The notes under the pieces: model-generated | Told to the model about the DNA's origin: nothing | The model's database searches: none | What the model saw: only the letters and a program-made list of their open reading frames with translations | Made by a program: the position numbers and the translations under genes | Part shown: piece after piece, positions 1-10,545 of the stretch | Numbering within the stretch: position 1 is the first letter of the stretch | How the letters are laid out: each line of letters begins with the position of its first letter | Source of the DNA: a virus | Lineage: Duplodnaviria; Caudoviricetes | IMG/VR virus record: IMGVR_UViG_3300030331_002818 | Span: 1-52,469 of that record | Direction: 5' to 3' (one strand) | Length of the DNA: 52,469 nucleotides

Positions 1-2664
1 CATTTCGTTGATGGTTCTGCCCTTGATCCAACATCTTTTGGCGAAACAAAAGACGGAGTGTGGATACCAAAAGAATACAGCGGTAGTTATGGTACAAATG
101 GTTTTTATCTGCCCTTTCAACAAGACAGGACTGTTGGCGCATCAGCTTTCTTTTCTGATGATGGAAATTCATACGTTAAATTTTCTAACTCAAGTTATTA
201 CAATATTGCTGGTAGTGATGACTTTACAATAGAATTTTTCATGTGGCCTACAGTCAAACAGCTTGGTGAAAATGCTTATATTTTTGGTTATTATGCAGGC
301 ACAGGTGGTCCTTATTTAAGTGTACAATTAATTGAATCTGGAACCCCTCGATTCTACGTATATTATGGTAATGGAACATTTCACGATTTTACATACACAG
401 CAGGGGCTGTTGAAGCAGGTCGATGGCATCATGTCGTTGTTAATAGAGCATCAGGAAATTTAGAAATGTTTCTTGACGGGGCTAGAATAGGTTCAACAAA
501 AACCTCAAACACAACGAGTTGGACTGGTGCTACTCAAGTCAGGATAGGTCACGCTGGATCGGATTCATCAGCCGTTGCTTACGATGGTTATTTGAGTAAT
601 GTGCGTATGGTTGTTGGCTCTGCTGTTTATTCCGCTGGTTCATCAATCACAGTTCCTACATCTACACTTACTGCTGTTACCAACACTCAACTTTTAGCTT
701 TAACAACGACAACGCTTACCGCAGACGCAAGTTCAAATAGTGTAACTGGAACTCTTCATGGTTCTGGTTATTACGCAACGGATAGACTGTCTCCGTTTCC
801 GAATGGTGCTTTTAATGAAGATGCATCTGGTAACAGCAATGATTTTTCCGCTAACTATCTACTAGATACAGATGTCGTGCTAGACAGCCCGACTAATAAC
901 TTTGCTACGTTAAACTCAATATATCACTCTTCCTCAAAAGCTGTCTTGTCGGAGGGCAACTTGAAAGCAGCCACTGCTGGTTTTGTAAATGCGGCACACG
1001 GCTATGGTGCAGTATCAACATTTGTCATACCTAAAGATAAAAAAATCTATATTGAAGTTGAAGACACTGGAGCAACTGGAGATAACTGGTTTGCTGGATT
1101 TGCTACTCAATCTAGTTTAGAAGCTGGTCCATCAAGCACCACTATTGGCAGCACAGGTTCTGTCACGGCTTACAATCGTTCAGTTTATGTAAATGGTACA
1201 GAAAATGATTATGGGTCAAGCGCAGGTCTTGGTGGTCTGGGTGTAGCAAAATTAGCTGCTGGCGATATTCTTGGCTGTGCTATAGATGGTGCAACGGGCA
1301 AAGTTTGGTTTCACAGAAACGGCACATATTTTAAAACTCCAACGACTAATGACAGCGGCACGACTGGTGACCCTGCTGGCGGCAATCACGAAATAGGCAC
1401 GATTACCGACGGAACAACTGAAGATGTGTTTTTTGTGCTTGGTGGTGGCACAAGCGCAGATAATGTATTCGTAAACTTTGGACAAGATAATCAAAACGTA
1501 GCCAGTGCAAATGCAGATGGCGAAGGTATTGGTACTTTTGAATATGCGCCACCTACAGGCTATGTTGCTCTCTGTTCTAGCAATCTTACAGCCCCAGCAA
1601 TCGGTCCAACACAGAGCAGTCAAGCTGATGATCATTTTAACACGGTGTTATTTACTGGAGATAACTCATCATCAAATGCTATTACTGGCGTGGGTTTCCA
1701 ACCAGATTTGGTTTGGATCAAGCAAAGAACAGATGCAACGTCTAACCAGTTGTTTGATGTTGCTAGAGGGGCAACGAAAGGGGTACGATCAGACACCACA
1801 ACACCTAGAGATGAATACACTAACACTAATACCCTAACTTCATTTGATTCTGACGGGTTTACAGTCGGCAGTGCAAACGCAGTTAATGGATCTAGCGATT
1901 CTCTTGTATCGTGGAATTGGAAAGCTGGCGGCAGCGCATCAAGTAATTCTGATGGTAGCATAACGTCAAGTGTATCTGTTAACACTATAGCTGGTTTTAG
2001 TATAGTATCATTTACTACTGATGGTGTGACAAGCGGAACTGTTGGACATGGGCTTGGAGTACAGCCCCAGCTTATTATTGGTAAAACAAGAAATCATGAC
2101 GTTGGCTGGTATATTCAAACACCTTTATTAGCAACCAATCTTGTTGGTGCATTTGATACTGCTGCTTGGTATAATCCTGGCATCAATCACTACAACGATA
2201 CGCACCCAACTGCTGATGTTTTCAGTGTTGGCGGTTATATGGCTGATCATGCTGATTTAACTAACCCATCAACAAAAATTGTATATTGTTTTGCTAATGT
2301 TGAGGGCTACTCCAAGGTCGGCACTTATGTAGGAAACGGATCAAATTACTCAAACGGTGCATTTATATTCACAGGATTTCGCCCTGCATTTGTCGTGGTG
2401 AAAGCTTCTAGCACTACTGGAGATTGGGTTGTTACCGATAATAAAAGAGCATCTAGTTTCAATGGTGATACAGCTAGACTTTATTGGACCACATCAGCCG
2501 CAGAAACATCATATCAATCAAACAGAAATATAGAACTTTTTAGCAATGGTTTTGCGGTTCATGGCAACAGTGCAAGTTCTACCACCAATAGAATTAATCA
2601 AAGTGCCAGTTATATTTACCTAGCTTTTGCCGAAGCCCCATTTAAATTTGCGAACGCACGATAG
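1..2664 (+). CDS. Tail fibre / receptor-binding protein, 5'-truncated (LamG/ConA-like and SPRY-like domains plus a repetitive C-terminal region)
   Basis: The frame is open from base 1 (HFVDGSALDPTSFGETKDGVWIPK). It has LamG motifs (DFTIEFFMWP, WHHVVVNR, GYLSNVR), SPRY-like motifs (LSEGNLK, GDILGCAIDG..GKVWFHRNG, VNFGQ) and the C-terminal GFQPDLVWIK / GFRPAFV / YIYLAFAE motifs typical of marine phage fibres. Confidence 0.8.
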   Translation, partial: HFVDGSALDPTSFGETKDGVWIPKEYSGSYGTNGFYLPFQQDRTVGASAFFSDDGNSYVKFSNSSYYNIAGSDDFTIEFFMWPTVKQLGENAYIFGYYAGTGGPYLSVQLIESGTPRFYVYYGNGTFHDFTYTAGAVEAGRWHHVVVNRASGNLEMFLDGARIGSTKTSNTTSWTGATQVRIGHAGSDSSAVAYDGYLSNVRMVVGSAVYSAGSSITVPTSTLTAVTNTQLLALTTTTLTADASSNSVTGTLHGSGYYATDRLSPFPNGAFNEDASGNSNDFSANYLLDTDVVLDSPTNNFATLNSIYHSSSKAVLSEGNLKAATAGFVNAAHGYGAVSTFVIPKDKKIYIEVEDTGATGDNWFAGFATQSSLEAGPSSTTIGSTGSVTAYNRSVYVNGTENDYGSSAGLGGLGVAKLAAGDILGCAIDGATGKVWFHRNGTYFKTPTTNDSGTTGDPAGGNHEIGTITDGTTEDVFFVLGGGTSADNVFVNFGQDNQNVASANADGEGIGTFEYAPPTGYVALCSSNLTAPAIGPTQSSQADDHFNTVLFTGDNSSSNAITGVGFQPDLVWIKQRTDATSNQLFDVARGATKGVRSDTTTPRDEYTNTNTLTSFDSDGFTVGSANAVNGSSDSLVSWNWKAGGSASSNSDGSITSSVSVNTIAGFSIVSFTTDGVTSGTVGHGLGVQPQLIIGKTRNHDVGWYIQTPLLATNLVGAFDTAAWYNPGINHYNDTHPTADVFSVGGYMADHADLTNPSTKIVYCFANVEGYSKVGTYVGNGSNYSNGAFIFTGFRPAFVVVKASSTTGDWVVTDNKRASSFNGDTARLYWTTSAAETSYQSNRNIELFSNGFAVHGNSASSTTNRINQSASYIYLAFAEAPFKFANAR

Positions 2665-2673
2665 GAGATAAAA

Positions 2674-3240
2674 ATGCCGTGGAAACTAGGAGGTAATACA
2701 ATCAAGGAAGGACGTGGATGGGTACACAACAATATCCAACACCCAAAAACTTGGATGCGTTACAGTGATGACTTAAAAAAACAATATGGTTTAACATGGG
2801 AAGATCCACCAGCCTCAGCCGCTCCATATGATAATAGATTTTATTGGGGTAGACAGACTAATGGCACGTTAATTCCAAAAAGTTTGACCGATGTAAATGA
2901 AGTTGATGAAGATGGTAAGGCGTTATTAGATGCAAATGGTAAGCAGATAGTTACCCTTGGCCTCAAGTCTGTATGGATTGAAAAAACAAAACAAGAGGCA
3001 AACTCTTTACTTGCAAACACTGATTGGTATATTACTCGCAATGCTGAAAAATCTACAGCTATACCTAGCTCTATCACCACTTATAGAGATGCCGTTCGCA
3101 CTAAATGTGGAGAGATAGAGACAGCCTTGAATGGCGCAAAAGATCTAGCGGCATTTATAAAGTTGTTTGAGGATGAGCGTAATTCAGATGGTACTGTAAA
3201 GACGGTTGCAAAAATCGACGACTGGCCTGATGAGGTCTAA
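2674..3240 (+). CDS. Putative tail fibre assembly/chaperone protein
   Basis: Lies directly after the fibre with an AGGAG RBS. The LLANTDWYITR...YRDAVR and WPD end motifs resemble tail-assembly chaperones. Confidence 0.55.
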   Translation: MPWKLGGNTIKEGRGWVHNNIQHPKTWMRYSDDLKKQYGLTWEDPPASAAPYDNRFYWGRQTNGTLIPKSLTDVNEVDEDGKALLDANGKQIVTLGLKSVWIEKTKQEANSLLANTDWYITRNAEKSTAIPSSITTYRDAVRTKCGEIETALNGAKDLAAFIKLFEDERNSDGTVKTVAKIDDWPDEV

Positions 3241-3243
3241 ACT

Positions 3244-5130
3244 GTGCCTTTAACTAAATTACAATTTCGTCCTGGAATTAATAGAGATGTAACATCTTAC
3301 TCAAATGAAGGTGGTTGGGTAGATTGTGACCGTGTGCGGTTTCGGTTAGGTTATCCTGAAATAATAGGCGGTTGGGAAAAATATAGTGAAGAAAGGTACA
3401 TAGGCACAGCTAGAGGGTTATTTAATTGGGCTGCTTTAGATGGCAGTAATTTATTAGGTTTAGGCACGGAAGTCAAATACTATATAGAAGAAGGCCAACA
3501 ATTTTATGATGTAACACCTATTAGAAAAACTTCTACTAATAGTGTTACGTTTGCTGCGACAAATGGCAGTTCTACAATAACAGTTACAGATACTAATCAT
3601 GGAGCGGTAGTATCAGACCATGTTACAATAACAGATGCTGTTAGTCTGGGTGGTAATATTACAGCCGCCGTATTGAATCAAGAATATCAAATAACAAGTA
3701 TTCCTACTTCTAATACTTATACTTTTGAAGCTAAAGATACATCTGGTGCAACCGTAACAGCTAATGCTAGTGATAGTGGTAACGGTGGATCTAATGCAGA
3801 TGGAGAATATCAAATAAACTCTGGCCTTGCAAATGGCGTGGGTGGCACAGGTTGGGGTGCTGGAACATGGGGTAGAGGTACTTGGGGATCTGCTGCTTCT
3901 GTAGGTGTAACTACACAATTAAGATTATGGAGTCATGATAATTTTGGTGAAAATTTAATTATTAATCCACGTGATGGCGGTATATTTTTCTGGACTAAAG
4001 CTGATGGTTTTTCTACTAGAGCGCGTGAAATAGGCACAATAGGTGGTGCTAATGAAACACCTGTCATAGCAAAACAGATATTAGTGTCGGATGTTGATAG
4101 GCATGTAATTGCATTTGGGACAAATCCTGTAGGCAGTTCTACACAAGACCCTCTACTAATACGGTTTTCAGACCAAGAGAATGCGCTTGATTGGGAGCCA
4201 ACAGCTACTAATACTGCTGGTGATTTACGTATAGGTACAGGATCACAATTTGTAAAAGCTATAGAAACGAAACGTGAAATAGTTATATTTACAAATAGTT
4301 CTGTTCATTCAATGCAGTTTATAGGTGCGCCGTTTACTTTTGGAATACAGCCATTAGCTTCTAATATTACCATCATGGGTCCAAATGCAGCAGTTGCGGT
4401 AGAAGATGCAGTATTTTGGATGGGTAAACAAAACTTTTATCTGTATGATGGTAAAACACAACAGTTACCATGTAGTGTGACTGAGCATGTGTTTTTTGAT
4501 TTTGATTTTGATCAATTTGAAAAAGTATTTGCTGGTATTATATCAGAGTTTAGTGAAGTTATTTGGTTTTATCCTTCTAACACAAACTCATTAGCTAATG
4601 GTGGCACAGGTGAAAATGATAGATATGTGATTTATAATTACTCAGAAAATATTTGGTATTATGGCGATTTAGGTAGAACAGCGTTTATTGATAGAGGTAT
4701 AAGAGATTTTCCAATAGGGGCAGCAGATACATACCTATACAATCATGAATCTGGTTATACGGATGATGGTGCAGCATTAGTAGCAAGTATTGAATCTAGT
4801 CCGATAGATATGGGTGAGGGAGATCAATTTACTTTTATACGCAGGATTATACCTGATTTTACATTTACGGGTTCTACTAATACAGACCCTACTGTAAATG
4901 TGACATTACAATCTAATAATTTTCCTGGAGGTAATTATCTACAAAGTGAGATAGCACAAGTAGATAGAACAGCTACTTCTACAACAGTGCCTTTTGAACA
5001 GTATACAGATAAAGCTGATGTAAGATTAAGAGGTAGGGCATTTAGTATAAAAGTAGATTCATCATCTATAGGTACAAGATGGCGTTTAGGTAGCCCACGA
5101 GTTGATATGAGACAAGATGGGAGAAGGTAA
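3244..5130 (+). CDS. Tail/DNA stabilisation protein (P22 gp10-like or tail tubular protein B-like, beta-rich)
   Basis: 628 aa with a GTG start. Motifs: RPGINRDVT..SNEGGW.DCDRVRFR, LLIRFSDQE...W.PT.TNTAG.LRIG.GS and a C-terminal WRLG..R.D...DGRR. It lies upstream of the ejection proteins. Confidence 0.6.
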   Translation: MPLTKLQFRPGINRDVTSYSNEGGWVDCDRVRFRLGYPEIIGGWEKYSEERYIGTARGLFNWAALDGSNLLGLGTEVKYYIEEGQQFYDVTPIRKTSTNSVTFAATNGSSTITVTDTNHGAVVSDHVTITDAVSLGGNITAAVLNQEYQITSIPTSNTYTFEAKDTSGATVTANASDSGNGGSNADGEYQINSGLANGVGGTGWGAGTWGRGTWGSAASVGVTTQLRLWSHDNFGENLIINPRDGGIFFWTKADGFSTRAREIGTIGGANETPVIAKQILVSDVDRHVIAFGTNPVGSSTQDPLLIRFSDQENALDWEPTATNTAGDLRIGTGSQFVKAIETKREIVIFTNSSVHSMQFIGAPFTFGIQPLASNITIMGPNAAVAVEDAVFWMGKQNFYLYDGKTQQLPCSVTEHVFFDFDFDQFEKVFAGIISEFSEVIWFYPSNTNSLANGGTGENDRYVIYNYSENIWYYGDLGRTAFIDRGIRDFPIGAADTYLYNHESGYTDDGAALVASIESSPIDMGEGDQFTFIRRIIPDFTFTGSTNTDPTVNVTLQSNNFPGGNYLQSEIAQVDRTATSTTVPFEQYTDKADVRLRGRAFSIKVDSSSIGTRWRLGSPRVDMRQDGRR

Positions 5131-5420
5131 TGGCTACTAATGTTACACCTTTCCCTAGATTACCGACTCCTGGAAAACAAATAGATGAAAAATACATAAC
5201 AGATTTAATTAGGGCATTAGAAATATTTTTGCGGCAAATGCAGAATCCTCAGCTCAATTTTCAAGAGGTTCCCACAAGTGGTAATAATAATTTATTAGAA
5301 CAAGGTGATATCTATATAGCTGATGGTGGGTTTTTAAAGATAGTCGGTAAGACAGAGATATTTAGTGGTAGCTTTGAGGCTACTGTTTCTGTTGGAAGTG
5401 TAACAGTATCTATTTCATAA
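5130..5420 (+). CDS. Small virion/tail protein, hypothetical
   Basis: Overlapping TAATG coupling with the upstream gene; 96 aa. Confidence 0.5.
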   Translation: MATNVTPFPRLPTPGKQIDEKYITDLIRALEIFLRQMQNPQLNFQEVPTSGNNNLLEQGDIYIADGGFLKIVGKTEIFSGSFEATVSVGSVTVSIS

Positions 5421-5508
5421 GGTTGCATAGTTTGAGCGTAGGGTTTATGATGCAATTAGCTAATATCAGGAATAGCTCCCTGCATCTCATTTTATAAGGG
5501 TAAGTAAG

Positions 5509-7005
5509 ATGCAAGGTATAGAATCTCTCGGCTATGAAGTTCAAGAACTACCAATGGTTCCGCAAGGCGGTATCCAAGGTTATGAACAAGCTGCCGATAT
5601 TTTAGCAGAGTTTGGTCGTAATGGCGATACATACATTGTTCACGCTGCTGAAGGCGAAACAATGGTTCCAATGGAAGTATTGGATAATAATCCACGTTTA
5701 AAGAAAATGTTATTTACCCAGATGCAAGAGATGGGTATAGATCCAGAGCGTTATATTGTTGGTAATGAACTTAATAGTATAAACCCTGTAACAGGACAAC
5801 CTGAGTTTTTCCTTAAAAAATTGTTCAGAGGAGTTAAAAAAGCTGCTAAAAAAGTAGCAAAAGTCGCTAAAAAAGTAGCACCAATAATCTTACCTGTAGC
5901 AGCTCCTTTCTTATTACCAGCTATGCCGATTGCTTTTGCTAGTGGTATCGGTAGTTTAGCTGGTGGCTTAATAGCTGGACAAGATTTTGGTACAGCACTT
6001 AAAGGTGCTGTGATTACAGGTGGTTTAGCTGGACTTGGTAATGTAGCTTTTGGTGGCAAGACAGGTTTTGGCAGTGGTAAATTCTTTGGTAGTATCGCTG
6101 ATCCTACAGCAGGATTAGGCACATTTAGTATGAAACAAGCCTTTACTCCAGTCAACCCATTTAGTGAGGCTGGTAAAGCACAACTTGCTGCATTTAGAGC
6201 GCAAGCTCAAGGTCAACCACAACAACAAGTATTAGAAAAAGCTACAGGTAGCGGTATAGATTCAACCACTGACGCGTTTGGAAGATCAACTGAAGTCTTA
6301 CCTGATGATCCTACACCTTTTGCAAAAGGTGGCGCAGAAACAAAGGTTACAGATTTAAAATTAGAGCCACCAATAGAGCCACCAAGCACTTATGATCAAG
6401 CTGTTGAGTTTTACCAACAAAATATTAGCCCAAGCGGTAGAGCAGCAAACCTTGATAACGCTAAAGTTTTAGCAGATGCTCAGGCAATTAAAGCACAAGA
6501 GATCGCTAATCAACAAGCATTAGGTATACCTGTTGATGAAGCTGAGATAGCAAAAGCAGCATTAGAAAAAGCCACCGCACAAAATACTCCTGGAGTAATA
6601 TCGCAATATGCGCCGATTACAGCACTTGGTACAGCAGGAGCAGTTGCCGCTGATTATGCTGCAGATGGTGCAATATTAGGTATATTTAAAGATGAAGATG
6701 ATGATGGGTTAGATGATGAAACTGGCTTAACTATGCAACAACTTAAAGACCAATATCCAGAAAAATTCTTTGACCCAGCTAAGTTTTATGGTGATAACCC
6801 AGCTTATCAAGGATTTGCAACAGTAGCTCAGGGTGGAGAAATTGTTGGTCCTGGAACACCAACCAGTGATTCTATACCAGCTTTATTAAGTGATGGTGAG
6901 TTTGTTATGAATGCTGCTGCTGTCCGTGGTGCAGGAGGTGGTAATAGAAAAGAGGGTGCAAAAAGAATGTATGCTATGATGCGTGAGTTTGAGGGGAGAG
7001 CGTAA
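5509..7005 (+). CDS. Putative internal virion / ejection protein
   Basis: GRNGDTYIVHA..GE, INPVTGQPEFF, a Gly/Ala-rich hydrophobic segment and C-terminal GPGTPTSDSIPALLSDGEFV. Its position is typical of podovirus DNA-transfer proteins. Confidence 0.6.
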   Translation: MQGIESLGYEVQELPMVPQGGIQGYEQAADILAEFGRNGDTYIVHAAEGETMVPMEVLDNNPRLKKMLFTQMQEMGIDPERYIVGNELNSINPVTGQPEFFLKKLFRGVKKAAKKVAKVAKKVAPIILPVAAPFLLPAMPIAFASGIGSLAGGLIAGQDFGTALKGAVITGGLAGLGNVAFGGKTGFGSGKFFGSIADPTAGLGTFSMKQAFTPVNPFSEAGKAQLAAFRAQAQGQPQQQVLEKATGSGIDSTTDAFGRSTEVLPDDPTPFAKGGAETKVTDLKLEPPIEPPSTYDQAVEFYQQNISPSGRAANLDNAKVLADAQAIKAQEIANQQALGIPVDEAEIAKAALEKATAQNTPGVISQYAPITALGTAGAVAADYAADGAILGIFKDEDDDGLDDETGLTMQQLKDQYPEKFFDPAKFYGDNPAYQGFATVAQGGEIVGPGTPTSDSIPALLSDGEFVMNAAAVRGAGGGNRKEGAKRMYAMMREFEGRA

Positions 7006-7952
7006 TGGCAACAGAAACTATAATTACCAAAGAATCCCCTGAAATAGAAGCCTATAAACTTGGGCTTTTAGAACAAGCTAAAAATTTAGTAGATGCTCCC
7101 CCTACAGGTGGTCTACCAGCTATACAGCAAGCAGGGTTAGATCCTCTACAAACTCAAGCAGCAGGGTTAGCTACACAAGGTGTTGGTTCATTTCAACCTT
7201 TTTTAAATCAAGCTGCTGCAACTCAACAAGCAGGGTTAGCGCAATTTGGAGCTGGTCAATCAGCTTTAACAGATGCAGCATCTCAATTTACAGCAGGAAC
7301 TGGTGCGCCAACACAGGCGCAAATGGATGCCTATATGAACCCATACCAGCAAGCTGTACAAGATGAAATTAATCGTTCTTTTGATTTACAGGCTGCACAG
7401 GCTGGTTTGACTGCCGCAGGAGCTGGTGCATTTGGTGGTAGTAGAGGTGCGATACAACAAGCAGAAATAGGAAGAAATAGAGCTGCTGCATTAGCAAAAG
7501 CACAAGCTGATAATTTTTTACAGGCTCAAGCAGCCGCACAAAATGAGTTAGGAAGAGCTTTACAAGCTGGTCAAGGTTTAACTCAGGTTGGACAAGTAGC
7601 TGGGGCATTGGGTAAAGGTATCGGGTCATTAGGTTTAGAACAAGCTAGTCTTGGTGAGTTAGGCCAAAATATGAATCTAAAAGATATAAATATATTAAGT
7701 CAATTAGGCCAGATAGGACAAGCTCAAACACAAGCAGAACTAGAAGCTGATAGACAAACACAAATGCAAAATATTTATGAGCCTTATCAACGACTTGGTT
7801 TTTATGGTGATATATTAGCTGGCGCACCAACTAGTCAACAACAAATTAGTCAAAGTGCTTCACCTGATCCTAGCTTATTAAATCAAATTGTTGGTGGTGC
7901 AACTTCAGCATTAGGATTATATGGAGCAGGAAAAGGCACGGGGTTAATCTAA
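7005..7952 (+). CDS. Putative DNA transfer/pilot protein (P22 gp7-like role)
   Basis: Gln/Ala/Gly-rich with YMNPYQQAV, GAFGGSRG and a hydrophobic Gly-rich C-terminus. Translationally coupled on both sides. Confidence 0.6.
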   Translation: MATETIITKESPEIEAYKLGLLEQAKNLVDAPPTGGLPAIQQAGLDPLQTQAAGLATQGVGSFQPFLNQAAATQQAGLAQFGAGQSALTDAASQFTAGTGAPTQAQMDAYMNPYQQAVQDEINRSFDLQAAQAGLTAAGAGAFGGSRGAIQQAEIGRNRAAALAKAQADNFLQAQAAAQNELGRALQAGQGLTQVGQVAGALGKGIGSLGLEQASLGELGQNMNLKDINILSQLGQIGQAQTQAELEADRQTQMQNIYEPYQRLGFYGDILAGAPTSQQQISQSASPDPSLLNQIVGGATSALGLYGAGKGTGLI

Positions 7953-10531
7953 TGAATGTATTGCAAAGAAGAATGTTTGCAAATGGGGGTATGGCAAATG
8001 CTCAGCCACCCATGATGCAAAAACCAATGGCTCCACCGCCAATGGCTCCACCGCCAATGGCTCCACCTACTTCGGTGGGTACAGGTATTACATCAGGATT
8101 AGTTGACCCTGCACAAGAACAGATGGTTGCTGAGCAAGGATTTGCTCAAATGGCTGGTGGTATGCAAAATATGTTATCAAATATAGATTCTGCAGGTTCT
8201 ACTGAAGAAGTCATTAATGCTATGCGTGGTGACCAAGCAAGTTTAGAAGAAAGATACGATGAGTTAGCTGATATCGTTGGCGAAGGAGATGCAAAGAAAA
8301 CACCAGAATCAGTTCTGGCGTTAGTACAACCCACATTTACAATGATGGATCTTGTACAAGAAGAAGCTCCTGCTGGTGGTATAGCTGATGCAATGCCAAA
8401 GGCAGGGGGTGGACTCCTCGCCGGAAATATAGATGCAGCCTCACCTGTGCAAGCTCCAGGAATGGGTGAGGCTATGGCACGGATACAAGCTGGAGAAACA
8501 CCAGTAAAAAGACAATTTGGCTCTCCGCAAGCAGGAGAAAATACTTTACTTTCTCGCCCAGATATTCGCATATCCCCTAGAGTTACAGAAAATATTCCAC
8601 CTATAAGTATGAGTTTGCCTAATTTAGGTGGACAGGCACTGCCTGATTTACGCACTATGGATTCAGCAAGAGTGCAACGGTTTGCTGGAGATTATATGGG
8701 TGCGATGAAACCATATTTAGATCAGCTCACAGGTGGCGGTGGTCCCGATGTGCAGCAGAGTATGGAGATACTGCGACCGTTTTTACCTAAAGAAAAAACC
8801 TCTGCCGAAATATTAACAGAGTATCAAGACCTACTTGGCACTGGAGATATGGATGCAGCTAAAACTCAGGCTTTCTTAGCTTTAGTACAAGCTGGAAGAG
8901 ATATAGCTGGTTCTGATAAACCTTTACTTGGAGCAGCTCTTGATGCTGCTGGAGAAGCTGCACCTACCCTATCTAAAATAGCTTCTGAAAAAGCAGCGCA
9001 GGATAGAGCAATTAAATTAGCTAGTCGGCAAGAAGAAGTACAACGTGAAACTGCTTTGAGAAGTGCTCAATTAGGTGTAGCACAAAATGCTATAGCTAGA
9101 GCAGCAGGAGCTAGTGCGAGTATAGAAAATGCAATACTTGGCGCACAGCAAAAAGCTATTGAGTATGGGTTAAAAATGGAGGGTGATCAAGTAAAAGCTG
9201 TAAATGATACAGCTATTAGGAATTGGTCAGCCGCTAATCAGTATGGTGTAACAGCTACTGAAACATGGGGTAAATATAACGAAGACACTAAAAAGGTTGA
9301 TATTATTGGTGTGAGGCGCACTGCCGATGGTGTTAAATACATTAATGATGATGATGGAACATTAGTAGATGTGCCAGAAGGTTATGCTCCGTATAGTAAA
9401 GATGCGTTTGCTGCTCAATATGGCACGGGTGCTATTGATTTCTCTAAAGCTAAAAAAGTAAATCTACTTATCCCTGATATCAGATCAGTAGCTGCAGATG
9501 GCACTGTAACTGAAGCTAGAGGATCTAAATCTGGTTTCAATCAATTTGCAGGATTTTTTGTAGGTGGTAATTATTATTACTCACCAACAGGAGATGTTAA
9601 GGATGCTATTAAAGCACCTCAAGGATTTATAGAAGGTAATGAAGCTGATGTATTACAGGTTTCAGACCCTGATGCGGCTGGAAGAATTAAAGTTACAGTA
9701 AAAGCTGGTCCAAGAGCTGGTGATAGTTTTGTTTCTACCATACAGGGCAAAGTATTTCCTGGAGTAGCTTATGAGTTAGATCCAGTGGTAAGAGATGATA
9801 CAGGTGCGTATCAATCAGGTAATCCTCTTGTAACTTCTGTTCCAAATCCAGGGGTTCCGACTACTAATATGTCACCCCAGAGAATAAATAATATACAAGA
9901 TAAAGTAATCGCACAAACCCAAGCTATCACAGCAGCTAATTCAGTTCTTTCTGCTATTGGTGATGCAGTTGGTCCTCTCAATACTGTTAAAGCATTTACT
10001 TCTAATTTTGTTGCGCCATTAGCACCCGACTTTGTGGCTGCTGGTTTAGAATTTTCTGCCACAGAAAGAGGTAGAAGAGAAATGGAATTATTCGGTCGTA
10101 ACCTAGCTCGTGCTTTAGCCTTATCAGATAGATATGCGGTTAGGGAACAAGAACTTATTGCTCAATTAAATGAAGATCCTGTAGGTTTCTTTAAATCCCC
10201 TAATATGTCTACTGTAAGATTCCAAGAATTAATGCGGTATTTACAAAATGACCTTACCTTTAATAGAGGTATTCTTGAAGATAGAGATCAAATAGGATTT
10301 TTAAATAGAATACCTACAGGCACAGCTAATGACCCAATTATATTTGAAGCTCCTGGACAGTTTGATTATTTAAGTATTACTGCACAGAATGCTGGTGGAG
10401 CTGATAAATTAAATGGTATGTTTATTAGGATGACAGCAGCAGAGGCACGTAGGCAAGGTGTTGATCAAAACCTAATTCCAGCAGATGGATCAGACCTAAT
10501 GCTAGAAATAGGTAAAGATATAAACTTTTAA
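7952..10531 (+). CDS. Large internal virion / ejection protein
   Basis: 859 aa, Ala-rich and helical, in the coupled ejection-protein block. N-terminal MFANGG and PPMAP repeats. Confidence 0.55.
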   Translation: MNVLQRRMFANGGMANAQPPMMQKPMAPPPMAPPPMAPPTSVGTGITSGLVDPAQEQMVAEQGFAQMAGGMQNMLSNIDSAGSTEEVINAMRGDQASLEERYDELADIVGEGDAKKTPESVLALVQPTFTMMDLVQEEAPAGGIADAMPKAGGGLLAGNIDAASPVQAPGMGEAMARIQAGETPVKRQFGSPQAGENTLLSRPDIRISPRVTENIPPISMSLPNLGGQALPDLRTMDSARVQRFAGDYMGAMKPYLDQLTGGGGPDVQQSMEILRPFLPKEKTSAEILTEYQDLLGTGDMDAAKTQAFLALVQAGRDIAGSDKPLLGAALDAAGEAAPTLSKIASEKAAQDRAIKLASRQEEVQRETALRSAQLGVAQNAIARAAGASASIENAILGAQQKAIEYGLKMEGDQVKAVNDTAIRNWSAANQYGVTATETWGKYNEDTKKVDIIGVRRTADGVKYINDDDGTLVDVPEGYAPYSKDAFAAQYGTGAIDFSKAKKVNLLIPDIRSVAADGTVTEARGSKSGFNQFAGFFVGGNYYYSPTGDVKDAIKAPQGFIEGNEADVLQVSDPDAAGRIKVTVKAGPRAGDSFVSTIQGKVFPGVAYELDPVVRDDTGAYQSGNPLVTSVPNPGVPTTNMSPQRINNIQDKVIAQTQAITAANSVLSAIGDAVGPLNTVKAFTSNFVAPLAPDFVAAGLEFSATERGRREMELFGRNLARALALSDRYAVREQELIAQLNEDPVGFFKSPNMSTVRFQELMRYLQNDLTFNRGILEDRDQIGFLNRIPTGTANDPIIFEAPGQFDYLSITAQNAGGADKLNGMFIRMTAAEARRQGVDQNLIPADGSDLMLEIGKDINF
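8024..8067 (+). repeat. 15-bp tandem repeat x3 (CCAATGGCTCCACCG) encoding PMAPP
   Basis: Units start at 8024, 8039 and 8054; read directly from the sequence. Confidence 0.9.
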
Positions 10532-10545
10532 TTATAGGGGTAAAC

